From NCBI GenBank assembly GCA_913043225.1, contig CAJWLU010000006.1:64001-128000 (forward strand): a stretch of 64,000 bases of DNA, read 5' to 3'. The translations under genes were made by a program, and so were the position numbers. Positions within the stretch are counted from its first letter, which is position 1; each line of letters begins with the position of its first letter. The DNA is from an uncultured Acidobacteriota bacterium. GTDB lineage: Bacteria > Acidobacteriota > Vicinamibacteria > Vicinamibacterales > UBA8438. Positions 46,902 through 56,461 of this stretch are shown in pieces. The notes under the pieces are model-generated. The model worked only from the letters and a program-made list of their open reading frames with translations, had not been told where the DNA came from and ran no database searches.

Positions 46902-47849
46902 ATGTATCGAGACGCTGTTGTGGCGCTGCTATTCGTGTTGGGCGTGGCGGCCAGTGCCGAAGCCCAATCGTGGAGCCCGCCGGCCGAATCAGAACGCTGC
47001 CCGTCGAAGTGGGGCGCGGGAGACGAACGCGGATCGGCGAATCACATGGGGACGGCCAGTGTGCTACGGGCGGCGCAGCTGATTCAGGAGGGTGAGGTGG
47101 TCGAACTCGGCCACGTGCTGCGCGAGTCGATGCCGCTGGGCAACCGGCATTACGACCTCTTCATGAAGCCGACCTTCATGAACCTGCAGGGCAATCAGCG
47201 CGGTTCGAACGAGGAGATCGTGTCGCTGGAACTCGGGCAGGTCGGCACTCAGTTAGACGGATTCACGCACCAGACCATCGGCGACTCGCTCTATAACTGT
47301 TTCAGCGTTAGCGAGACCATCACGAGGGACGGTTTCAGCCGGCTCGGTATCGAGAACGTCGGCATGCTGATGACGCGTGGCGTCCTGCTCGATATCGCCA
47401 AGCTGAAGGGCGTGGAGACCCTGCCGGCGGACTACGAAATCACCACCGAGGATCTGCAGCAGGCGCTAGCCGACGCGAGCCTGACGCTCGAACAAGGTGA
47501 CGCCGTCATCATCAACACGGGGTGGGGTCGATACTGGACCAGAGATGTCGAGCGCTTCCTCGGTCCCGCCCCGGGTATCGGCGTGGCTGCGGCGGAGTGG
47601 CTCGTCTCACAGGATCCGATGTTGGTGGGCGGTGACAACCAGCCGGTCGAAATTCAGCCGAATCCCGACCCCGAGGTCTCGCTGCCGATCCATCAGATCA
47701 TGCTGGTGGTCAATGGGATCCATCTGCTGGAACGGATGAACCTCGAAGACCTAGTCTCGCGTGAGGTTTACGAGTTTGCGTTCGTGCTGCAACCGCTGAA
47801 GCTCGAGGGAGCGACAGGTTCGACGGTGGCGCCGGCTGCGATCTATTGA
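46902..47849 (+). CDS. Cyclase family protein (kynurenine formamidase-like) with signal peptide
   Basis: WG.GDE.GSAN, GTQLDGFTH, GVLLDI, GDAVIINTGW, PGI, H..MLV.NGIHLLE, PLKL.GATGS. Confidence 0.88.
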   Translation: MYRDAVVALLFVLGVAASAEAQSWSPPAESERCPSKWGAGDERGSANHMGTASVLRAAQLIQEGEVVELGHVLRESMPLGNRHYDLFMKPTFMNLQGNQRGSNEEIVSLELGQVGTQLDGFTHQTIGDSLYNCFSVSETITRDGFSRLGIENVGMLMTRGVLLDIAKLKGVETLPADYEITTEDLQQALADASLTLEQGDAVIINTGWGRYWTRDVERFLGPAPGIGVAAAEWLVSQDPMLVGGDNQPVEIQPNPDPEVSLPIHQIMLVVNGIHLLERMNLEDLVSREVYEFAFVLQPLKLEGATGSTVAPAAIY

Positions 47850-47862
47850 GTTCCGTGGGTTA

Positions 47863-48616
47863 CTAGGGGGTCTGGCCAGTTCGCCGCCAGCGTCCCACGG
47901 CGCGCCGGACTCTGCCCGCGCCTATCCAGAGACCGAGACCGCTCGAGGCCAGACCGCCCGCCATGAGTAAGAGCATCCCAACGTCCCACAGTGGTCGGCG
48001 CTCATACCAGAACCGGAAATCGAGGCTGTGTAGGCCGTTGAAGAGCCATCGTTCCAGTCGCTCGTAGCGATGCACCGTGCGGGCGACCTTTTCGGTTGCC
48101 GGGTCGACATACGCCCACGTCTCCATCGGGTCGTCGAAACGTACGCGAACGATTGGGAGTGGAGGCCGTTCCTGTCCGCGACCGTAGTAGTACGAATCGT
48201 AGACCTCCTGGACGCGGACATCGACGACAGCAGCTCCGGTCAGAGCTCCATTTCGTAACCGTTCGACGAGTTTCTTCACGTTGACCGAGCGTGGCACCAT
48301 GGTGAGGGCGTCGAGGAGGAGGGGGGGCTGTGCGGCTGGGTCGCGAGCGCCCCCCGAGTCGGACGTCATAGAACGCCGCGTCACCAATGCTCAGGAACTC
48401 GATTTCCTTGATCATCTGGTCGTCGGTTGCTCGATTCAGCGCCGCCGCGTCAAGCGGTGGGTAATTCGCGAGAGTTAGAGGCTCGGCGGTGAGCGCGTTT
48501 GGCGACACGCTTAACCCGGTCGCAGTCATCCATGCGAACGGCTGTACTGAAAGAAGACCACTGAAAATCCATGTCAGAGTCGCGACGCCGAAGATGGCGC
48601 CAGTGAGGTAGTGCCA
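47863..48616 (-). pseudogene. PepSY-associated TM helix protein, 5'-truncated and frameshifted
   Basis: First frame WHYLTGAIFGVATLTWIFSGLLSVQPF...IKEIEF; second frame YDSYYY...LPIVRVRFDDP..TWAYVDP...ERWLFNGLHSLDF; shift near C6/G7 runs at 48321-48355; N-terminal half absent. Confidence 0.8.
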
Positions 48617-48864
48617 GAAAAGGATTTCTCGGAAGAAAGGCAGGTTAGTCTTGCGTCGACAACATTGCTGAATGTCGACTTTGTTTCCACTTAAGTTTCT
48701 CTGAAGTTTGCAGAGACCGCGTGAAATGGTCTTTCTTCCGAACGGCGCGAGGGGGCCGCCGGTTGCCGTAGCGGGAGGCGGACGTTTTGGGCGAGAATCT
48801 GGAGGATTGGGCGGGGATTCGAAACTGCTCGAGCGCCGGAGGACCTTGCCGGAACTGAAGAGTT

Positions 48865-50442
48865 ATGACCATCAATGTGCCGCGTCGAGAGTTCTTTCGA
48901 CTGGCTGCGGTTGGCGGGCTTCTGCTGCCGGAATACCTGCTCGAGGCGCAGTCAACGGACGTAGAGGCGCGCACCAGGTTCGGTGTTGTGCGGGGCGGGC
49001 GGGCAGGGGGCGTGAACGTCTTCAAGGGCGTGCCCTACGGTGCCGACACTGGTGGCGCTAACCGGTTTATGCCGCCGAAGGACCCAGCGCCGTGGTCCGG
49101 TATAAAGGAGACAGTCGACTACGGTCCGGCCGCTCCACAGAGCGACCCAGTGTCGGGCCGGCAGCAGGATGGGCATGAGAGCGAGGACTGCCTCGTGCTC
49201 AACGTGTGGACGCGAGGTGTGTCTGACGGCGGTCGCCGACCGGTAATGTTTTGGTGTCACGGTGGCGGCTTTCGCACGCTGTCCGGTTCGTCGCCGCGCT
49301 ACGACGGGACGAATCTTGCGCTTCGGGGCGATGTGGTCGTCGTCACGATCAACCATCGGCTCAATGCCCTGGGGTTCACGCACTTCGGCGACCTCGAACC
49401 CACCTTCGCCACCTCCGGTACCGTCGGTATGCAGGACATCGTGCATGCCCTGCGCTGGGTCCGCGACAACATCGAGGAGTTTGGCGGCGACCCCGACCGG
49501 GTGATGATCTTCGGCGAGTCTGGCGGCGGGCGGAAGGTGGCCACGCTGTTAGGGATGCCATCGGCGAACGGGCTGTTTCACGCGGCGCTGATCGAGAGCG
49601 GCGCCACACTGCGATTACCAGAGCGCGAGCCAGCCACCGGGTTGGCGATCTCCGTGCTCGGGGAACTGGGCCTGAGCCGAACCGCGGTCAGAAACATCCA
49701 GCAGGTGCCGGTCAATCGGCTAATGGCGGCGTATCACGCGGTGTCGGCCAGGGCGCGGGATGCTGGCGGTGGGACCTTCGCGCCAACGATGGATGGGGAG
49801 GTGGTGCCGCATCACCCGTTCTGGCCTGAGGCGTCGCCGGTGAATCCAGACGTGCCGGTCATCGTCGGCGCGAACCGTACCGAGATGACCTACTTCGGTG
49901 ACGAGGCGGCGTTCTCGCTCGACGAGGCCGGGATGCGTGGGCGGGTGGCCAGCTTGGTTGGTGACGAACATGCGGGCGAGGTCATCGACGTCTACCAGGA
50001 CGAGAATCACGGGGCATCGCCCTCGGAGGTCTACTTCCTCATCTTCAGCGACTACCGGTATGTCATGGCGTCGATCACCATCGCCGAGCGACGCGCCGCG
50101 TTGAACCCGCAAACCTTCCTGTACTACCTCACCTGGGAAACGGCTGAGACAGGGCGCGGCATGCTGAGCCCACACACACTCGATATTCCGTTCATCTTCG
50201 ACAACGTCCGGACGCATCCCCTCACCCGGGGTAGCGAGACGGCCATCACCCTGGCCGATAAAATCAGTGACTCCGTTATCGGTTTCGCCCGCACGGGGAG
50301 TCCCGATGTGGGCAAGCTCCCAGAGTGGCGTCCCTACGACGTGGCAGACCGGGCGACCATGGTCTGGGATAACCAGAGCCGGGTCGTCAACGACCCCATC
50401 GCTGGGCAGCGACGGATCATGCAGCCGATACTTGGGCTCTGA
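48865..50442 (+). CDS. Type B carboxylesterase (PnbA-like) with Tat signal
   Basis: PRREFF; FKGVPYG, RFMPP, SEDCLVLNVW, HGGG, GESGGG, H.LDIPF. Confidence 0.92.
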   Translation: MTINVPRREFFRLAAVGGLLLPEYLLEAQSTDVEARTRFGVVRGGRAGGVNVFKGVPYGADTGGANRFMPPKDPAPWSGIKETVDYGPAAPQSDPVSGRQQDGHESEDCLVLNVWTRGVSDGGRRPVMFWCHGGGFRTLSGSSPRYDGTNLALRGDVVVVTINHRLNALGFTHFGDLEPTFATSGTVGMQDIVHALRWVRDNIEEFGGDPDRVMIFGESGGGRKVATLLGMPSANGLFHAALIESGATLRLPEREPATGLAISVLGELGLSRTAVRNIQQVPVNRLMAAYHAVSARARDAGGGTFAPTMDGEVVPHHPFWPEASPVNPDVPVIVGANRTEMTYFGDEAAFSLDEAGMRGRVASLVGDEHAGEVIDVYQDENHGASPSEVYFLIFSDYRYVMASITIAERRAALNPQTFLYYLTWETAETGRGMLSPHTLDIPFIFDNVRTHPLTRGSETAITLADKISDSVIGFARTGSPDVGKLPEWRPYDVADRATMVWDNQSRVVNDPIAGQRRIMQPILGL

Positions 50443-50444
50443 CT

Positions 50445-51722
50445 ATGACTCAGCATTTGCTGTGTGTCCTTACATTCGCCGGCGCGATCCTGAGTGTTCC
50501 TGGACTGGGCGCGGCGCAGCCCGATGGCGACGCTCGTCCTCCGCGCACGCCGTGGGGCGTTCCGAACCTTGAGGGAACCTGGTCGCTACCGACGATGACG
50601 CCCCTGGAGCGGCCAGCGGAGTTCGAGGGCCGCGAGCGCCTGACTGCCGAAGAAGAGGCGGAGTTTCTGGCCAGGCGGCGGAGTGGCATCCGCGCGGGGC
50701 TGGCTCGAGCCCTGAGCGCCGACTTCGAACTGGGCGATGGCGGGGTCGACCAATCGATCTATGACCATCCGCTCCTCGACGGACGCACGTCGCTGGTGGT
50801 CTTGCCTGAGAACGGTCGGATCCCGCGGACTGAAGAGGGCCGCTATCGGGTGGGGATGCCCGGTCGGCGCATGAGCGGTATTCCGGAGGGACCTGAGAGT
50901 CGCGCGCTGGACGAGCGGTGCATGATGGGTGGTGCGCTGCCGCTCCGGGGGAGTGCGTTTCCGGCGCGAATTTTCCAGACGCCGGATCACGTCGTCATCC
51001 ACTACGAGTTCATCAATACGACGGTTACCGTTCCGATAGACGATCGTCCAGTCGTGTCGAGCAGGATCCCGCAATGGTCGGGCACGTCGCGTGGATTCTG
51101 GGACGGGGACACCCTGGTGATCGAATCGACGAACTTCGACCCGCGCTGGACCTTCGCCGGTTCTGGGGTGGGTATGCGGCTGGTGCAGCGGTTGACTCGG
51201 ATAGACCGGGACACGATGCACCAGGAATACACCGTCTACGATCCGGACTCGTTCATGGAGCCGTGGACCGCGGATTACCCGCTGACCAACACGGAGGAGG
51301 CGATCTATGAGTTCGCCTGCCACGAAGGCAACCGCAGTATGACGCTGCTGCTGAACGGGGCGCGGGCCACCGAACAGATCCAGCGATTCATCGGCGCGTT
51401 CGGGCTCTCTACCTTCGAGCTTATCGGGGGCGGAGCTGAAGACGGCCCGGTCTTCACGGACGGAATGCTCTCCTACGACGCCAGCGGGCGGATGTCGGTC
51501 CAGTTGTCAGGCAGTGGGTATCTCGCCTACTACGGTGAGTACTTCGTGAACGTCACCCGGAAGGTGGTCGAGCACACCGTTGAAGGGGGCTCTCCCGCTG
51601 ACCTGCGTGACAGGACGCTGAGCTACTCGTATGAGCTGGCTGGAGATGGCAATACGTTGGTCCTGTCCCTGACAGGTGACGACGGCGTTGAGAGCCGCTC
51701 CACCTGGCAGCGTCACCGCTAG
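50445..51722 (+). CDS. YACHEGN-family exported protein fused to a C-terminal lipocalin-like domain (copy 4)
   Basis: RTPWGVPNLEGTW...YEFACHEGN, then FIGAFGL...GMLSYDASGRMSVQL...YLAYYGEY.V......V.H.V...L.L...W.R. Confidence 0.82.
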   Translation: MTQHLLCVLTFAGAILSVPGLGAAQPDGDARPPRTPWGVPNLEGTWSLPTMTPLERPAEFEGRERLTAEEEAEFLARRRSGIRAGLARALSADFELGDGGVDQSIYDHPLLDGRTSLVVLPENGRIPRTEEGRYRVGMPGRRMSGIPEGPESRALDERCMMGGALPLRGSAFPARIFQTPDHVVIHYEFINTTVTVPIDDRPVVSSRIPQWSGTSRGFWDGDTLVIESTNFDPRWTFAGSGVGMRLVQRLTRIDRDTMHQEYTVYDPDSFMEPWTADYPLTNTEEAIYEFACHEGNRSMTLLLNGARATEQIQRFIGAFGLSTFELIGGGAEDGPVFTDGMLSYDASGRMSVQLSGSGYLAYYGEYFVNVTRKVVEHTVEGGSPADLRDRTLSYSYELAGDGNTLVLSLTGDDGVESRSTWQRHR

Positions 51723-51726
51723 CCGC

Positions 51727-53109
51727 ATGCTGAGGAACACGATGCCACGATACCGGTTGACAGCAGGTCTCTTGACGATGGTCTGGTTCCTGCTGCTCTC
51801 GTCCCAGGCGCGGGCGCAGGACGACTTCACGCTGAGCGCACTCGCGATGGGGCTCGAACACCCCTGGGAGGTCACGTGGGGACCTGACGACCATCTGTGG
51901 GTGACCGAGCGAACCGCCTTTCGGGTCACGCGGGTGAATCCCATCGATGGCAGCCGGCAGGTGGCGGCGACAGTTCCTGGTGTGTTCCAAAGCGTGGCGC
52001 AGGATGGTCTGCTAGGGTTGGCCCTGCACCCGAGGCTGATGGAGGGGTCGGGTGAGGCGTATGTCTACGTGGCGTTCACCTATCAGGATGTTACGGACGT
52101 GCGACTCAAGGTCCGCCGCTACTCGTACGACCCGAGCGCCGGGCAGCTCGATGATCCTCTCGACGTCATCACGGGCCTGCCGGCTCACGACGATCATCTC
52201 GGGGGGCGGTTGGCAATCGGTCCGGACGAGAAACTCTATCTGAGCATCGGAGACCAGGGGGGTAACTGGCTCCACAACTTCTGCAACCCCAACCTGGCGC
52301 AAGAACTGCCGACCGCGGCTCAGATACAGGCTGGCGATTGGACGACCTACGAGGGCACGATTCTTAGACTGAACCTCGACGGATCAATTCCGGGCGACAA
52401 CCCGGTGCTCGATGGGGTGCGCAGTCACGTGCTGTCGTACGGCCACCGGAACCCGCAGGGCCTGGCCTTCGGCGACGACGGCCGGCTGTACGCCTCGGAA
52501 CATGGCCCGAGCACTGACGACGAGTTGAATTTGATCCAGGCCGGCGGAAACTATGGTTGGCCGCAGATTGCCGGTTATCAGGACGACCAGATGTATGTCT
52601 ACGCCAACTGGTCTGCCGGCACTCAAGCGTCCTGTGCCTCGTTGAGCTTCAGTCAGAGTCAGGTTCCCGCGTCCGTGCCGCAGGAAACAGAGGCCTCCTG
52701 GAGCCATCCCAACTTTCGGCCGCCGCTCCAGACGCTGTTCACGGTGCCGAGCAACTACGACTTCGACGCTCAGGGTAGCGCGACGATCGCGCCGTCGAGT
52801 TTGGCCATTTACACGGCTAGGGATGGGGGTATTCCCGGGTGGGCCGATTCGCTTCTGGTGCCAGGTCTGATCAAGGGAAGGATGTATCGCCAGTCGCTTT
52901 CGTCAGATGGTACGACTGCGGCGGGTGAGCCGATCGAATTATTCCGCACCACAAACCGCTACCGCGACCTGGCTCTGCACCCGAACGGACGGACGATCTA
53001 CGTGGCCACCGACAGCTCCGGCCGCACGACGGGCGCCGACGGCACGATGACACAGGCGTTGGAACACCCAGGGGCGATCATTCAGTTCACCTACGAGGGA
53101 TCGCGATGA
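51727..53109 (+). CDS. gdhB: Soluble quinoprotein glucose dehydrogenase (sGDH / glucose-sorbosone family)
   Basis: PWEVTWGPD..LWVTER, QDGLLGLALHP, DHLGGRL, IGDQG.N, SYGHRNPQG, SEHGP.TDDE.N, NRYRD, as in Acinetobacter sGDH. Confidence 0.85.
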   Translation: MLRNTMPRYRLTAGLLTMVWFLLLSSQARAQDDFTLSALAMGLEHPWEVTWGPDDHLWVTERTAFRVTRVNPIDGSRQVAATVPGVFQSVAQDGLLGLALHPRLMEGSGEAYVYVAFTYQDVTDVRLKVRRYSYDPSAGQLDDPLDVITGLPAHDDHLGGRLAIGPDEKLYLSIGDQGGNWLHNFCNPNLAQELPTAAQIQAGDWTTYEGTILRLNLDGSIPGDNPVLDGVRSHVLSYGHRNPQGLAFGDDGRLYASEHGPSTDDELNLIQAGGNYGWPQIAGYQDDQMYVYANWSAGTQASCASLSFSQSQVPASVPQETEASWSHPNFRPPLQTLFTVPSNYDFDAQGSATIAPSSLAIYTARDGGIPGWADSLLVPGLIKGRMYRQSLSSDGTTAAGEPIELFRTTNRYRDLALHPNGRTIYVATDSSGRTTGADGTMTQALEHPGAIIQFTYEGSR

Positions 53110-53816
53110 GAGTGGCTCCGCTGCTCCTTGGGGGCCTGCTGCTTTACTCCGGGTCCGTCTCGGCACAGGAGCAGAATCCACACGCGCAGCACTATCCGAA
53201 CATTACGGGCGAGGTGGTCTTCGAGAATGAGCGCGTGCTCGTGCAGCGGTTCGTGCTGCAACCAGGCGAGTGGGAAGGGATTCACACGCACTCGGGCCAG
53301 CAGTTGGGTTTCGGGCTGTCCGAGGGCGAGTCGACGGTTCGGTATGGTAATGATTAGGCGGTCTCGCTCGGTCGGCTAGGCTCTGCGTTCTGGCAGCGTG
53401 CTGTCTCCTTGAGTGAACGGCACGAATCCGGGGCCACGGGAGACACGCCGGTCGAGTGGCTCTGGGTCAATATAAAACCGGGAGATCAGGCGAGCGCGCC
53501 AGCAGGCGTGGATCACCACCATCACTATCCGAACATCTCGGGCGAGGATGTCTTCGAGAATGACCGCGTGTTGGTGCAGAGATTCGTGATGCTGCCTGGC
53601 GAGTGGGAGGGGATTCACTCACACTCCGGAAACCAGCTCTACATCATGTTGAGTGAGGGCGAGTCGACTGTCCGCTATGGCGAGAACGAGCGGATCTCGC
53701 AGTCGTACGTCGGACAGGTGGCGTGGCAGCCAGCGGTCGATCTCAGTGAGCGGCATGAGTCCGGGAACACGGGTGACACTCCGCTTGAATGGCTCTGGGT
53801 GAACTTTAAGCAGTAG
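53106..53816 (+). pseudogene. Exported tandem-cupin protein interrupted by an in-frame TAG
   Basis: ORFs 53106-53357 and 53409-53816 share a frame; read-through gives two similar cupin repeats (FEN.RVLVQRFV..PGEWEGIH.H...ERHESG..G.TP.EWLWVN.K). Confidence 0.82.
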
Positions 53817-53885
53817 CACGGTGCACGGGCCTGCTATCCTGAACCGAATACTTAGAAAGCCAGGTTAACCGAGGAGATCAAGAAG

Positions 53886-54851
53886 ATGACAAGACTGTTG
53901 ATAACCAGCACGTTAGGTCTTTCGCTGGCGGCTCTGCTTGGTGTGTCCGGAGTGGCCGTGGCGCAAGAGCCGCCCAGCACTTCGTGGGGCGCCCCTGATC
54001 TCCAGGGGGTCTGGGACTTCCGCACGCTCACCCCGCTACAGCGCCCAGAAGACCTCGGCGAGAAGGCCATTCTCACTGCCGAGGAAGTGGCAGAACGCGA
54101 GCAGGCGGCGATCGATCGCAACCTGGAAGTGTGGGAGCGCGAGGCGCGTCGCACTGAGGCCGGCGGCAACGTTGGCGGTTACAACAACTTCTGGATGGAT
54201 AACGGAACTCGAGTGATTGAGCGAACATCGCTCATTATCGACCCTCCGAACGGTCGCCTGCCGGAGGGGACGGCGTCTGCCCAGGAGCGTCGGCGGAACA
54301 GTCCGGGGTCGTTCGTCGTCGAGTTCCCGGAAAGCTATACTGACTTGAGTCCGGCCGATCGATGCCTCCTGGGCTTTAACGCGGGTCCTCCAATCACTCC
54401 GGCCGCTTATAACCAGAACGTGCAGATCTTCCAGACCGAGGAGCACGTGGTCCTCTTGACCGAGATGGTGCACACGGTGCGGGTCATTCCGATCCAGGCG
54501 CAGCCGCCACTCGCTGGCAGTGTGCAGCAGTGGTCCGGCGATTCGCGTGGTCACTGGGAAGGCGACACCCTGGTCGTCGAAACGAAGAATTTCGACTCGG
54601 CCCGGGGGTGGCGGGTAACGACGGACAAGATGACCCTCGTTGAGCGTTTCCGCCGAGTGGACGACGGGACGCTTGAATACGAATTCACCGTGACGGACCC
54701 GGACACGTGGGCGGCGCCGTGGACCGCCAATATCCCGATGGTGAAGAACGAGCAGCCGATGTTCGAGTACGCGTGCCACGAAGGGAACTATTCGATGCCT
54801 CAGATGCTCGGGGGTGCCCGTGCCCTCGAACTTGCAGGAGAGGGACAGTAG
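53886..54851 (+). CDS. Uncharacterised exported protein, YACHEGN family (copy 5)
   Basis: GAGGAG RBS; WGAPDLQGVW, TPLQRP, YNNFWMD, RTSLIIDPPNGRLP, DRC, GDSRGHWEGDTLVVET.NF, FEYACHEGN. Confidence 0.85.
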   Translation: MTRLLITSTLGLSLAALLGVSGVAVAQEPPSTSWGAPDLQGVWDFRTLTPLQRPEDLGEKAILTAEEVAEREQAAIDRNLEVWEREARRTEAGGNVGGYNNFWMDNGTRVIERTSLIIDPPNGRLPEGTASAQERRRNSPGSFVVEFPESYTDLSPADRCLLGFNAGPPITPAAYNQNVQIFQTEEHVVLLTEMVHTVRVIPIQAQPPLAGSVQQWSGDSRGHWEGDTLVVETKNFDSARGWRVTTDKMTLVERFRRVDDGTLEYEFTVTDPDTWAAPWTANIPMVKNEQPMFEYACHEGNYSMPQMLGGARALELAGEGQ

Positions 54852-54878
54852 GCGTCGCCAACTTGACGTTTCTGACCG

Positions 54879-54929
54879 AACGGCGGTCTGAGCAGGGAAT
54901 CTCGCCCTACTCGGTCCGCCGTTTTCTTT
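54879..54929 (+). terminator. Rho-independent terminator
   Basis: Long imperfect hairpin closed by AACGGCGG / CCGCCGTT, followed by TTCTTT. Confidence 0.7.
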
Positions 54930-55110
54930 GTGCGGTGGCTAGTGAGGGAACCGGCAGCACGGGTTCCGCCGAAGCCTGCGGCGCCATCGCAGCCTGGCTC
55001 GACTAGGGTTTGGGCGGATGTTCTTTCGGCTCGCCGTCGAGAGCGCACTGCCAGGCCCGGGTGTAGGTTCTAGTCGAGCGAACAACAGGCCGGATAGTCG
55101 CGACTGGTAC

Positions 55111-55132
55111 AACTTGGCGCTCCCAACGGGAT
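55111..55132 (-). repeat. tRNA-Glu 3'-end-like fragment (att-like), copy A
   Basis: Plus strand AACTTGGCGCTCCCAACGGGAT; reverse complement contains ATCCCGTTGGGAGCGCCA; 20/22 identical to 60348-60369. Confidence 0.5.
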
Positions 55133-55230
55133 GTGCTCCCTTTTCACTGTTGGCCTCGTTGAGAGCGAACGGTCCTTGGGCAGTGTCGCTGCCTGCGTCT
55201 CGCTTACGTCCGTGCGCGTGAGGCGGTCTC

Positions 55231-56067
55231 CTACATCCCGGAACCGTGGGTTAAGGCCCAGTTAAGAGCGGCGTCGAAGAGGCGATGGCCGTCGTCGGTC
55301 ATCCGGTGATAGGTGCCAAGATCGTTATTGTTCTCGGTGAAGAGCGAGATGCGCAGGTTTGGCGAGGGCGAGCCATCAAAGAGCGTGCCGCCTGGGAGAA
55401 TGAAGTAAATCGACTGCGCTTCAGGGTAGTCAGGAAGGGCGGCCACCGACTGGACCCCTGGTGCCAACACGTCATTTACAGCCCAGTTGATCTCCGCAGG
55501 CAGGGTGTAAACGGTAACGCGGCCAGACAACCCTGCAGCCAGTGCGTGTGATGGATCCACGATGACGATATCGGTCTCGCCAGGAATGGCGCCAAAGTGG
55601 CCGACGTCGACCGCGCCGGTCGGCTCTTCAACCGTGCCCCCCGCACCTCCTTCCGGTGAACCGGGATCGACACTCTGACCCTCTGGGTCCACGAACTGAA
55701 ACTCATCCTGCAGGAACGCTTCCATGTTGATGAGCGGCGAAGAGGCTGCAATGAGTTTCGTCCCGACCGAGCCTGAATTCACCGACTCGGGAATGATGAT
55801 CAAGTCTGCCGCGTCGGCCGCCGCTCGCATGTCGGCCTCCGCGGTGTCGTCAGGCATCATGGTCACCTGCTGCCCCAAGTTAAGGCGAAGATGGAGTTCG
55901 AGCGAGCGGTCGTCGAGGCTCGTACATTTAGCGTAGGTGCCGTTTTCGTCCCCGCAAATGATCAGAATGTTCATGTTTCCTGGGGCAGCCTGCTGGCCGG
56001 ACGCCGGCGCGGCAAGAGCGATTGTGAGCCCGGCAACACCGAGGCATACCGAATACTTTCTGTTCAT
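55231..56067 (-). CDS. Hypothetical exported protein
   Basis: GGAGG upstream; signal peptide ending PASG-QQ; acidic mature chain with ADLIIIPES motif. Confidence 0.75.
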   Translation of the reverse strand: MNRKYSVCLGVAGLTIALAAPASGQQAAPGNMNILIICGDENGTYAKCTSLDDRSLELHLRLNLGQQVTMMPDDTAEADMRAAADAADLIIIPESVNSGSVGTKLIAASSPLINMEAFLQDEFQFVDPEGQSVDPGSPEGGAGGTVEEPTGAVDVGHFGAIPGETDIVIVDPSHALAAGLSGRVTVYTLPAEINWAVNDVLAPGVQSVAALPDYPEAQSIYFILPGGTLFDGSPSPNLRISLFTENNNDLGTYHRMTDDGHRLFDAALNWALTHGSGM

Positions 56068-56461
56068 TTGCATCCTCCAGACGTCCACCCGCTGTCAGTA
56101 GCGGCTTGGGTTCCGAAGGTGACTGTACCCCGTCTTTCAACACCCAGGCCCAGTTATCAGGTACAACGTAGACTCGAAAGGTCAGCGACCTCGCGAAATC
56201 GCCCGGTAATTGCCTTGAGCGCCTGCCCGGTGTTCGTGCAGGGCAGCACAGGATCCGGGTCAGCGAGCTACCGGATGAACCACTGGTTGGCGTCCCTCAA
56301 AGGATACGGGCCCCTTTCCGTGGTGGGGTCATTGGTGGGCAGTCAGCATCCAGGCCACACCGTCCGGAGAGACGGTCTGATGCGGTGTGCTGACTTGCAG
56401 CAACTCATGGCACTCGAACGGTACGATCGGCGACCGCACTCGATTCAGGAGTCGAACCATC

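Noticed and set aside
48800..48823. Third tRNA-3'-end-like fragment (reverse complement TTCGAATCCCCGCCCAATCCTCCA)
   Set aside because: Spacing from T-loop to CCA is one base too long and it does not match the other two copies; may be chance
53355..53357. Pyrrolysine decoding of the amber codon, prompted by nearby methylamine genes
   Set aside because: The position aligns with a Glu in the sister repeat, no pyl genes are visible, many genes here end in TAG, and Mau enzymes do not use pyrrolysine
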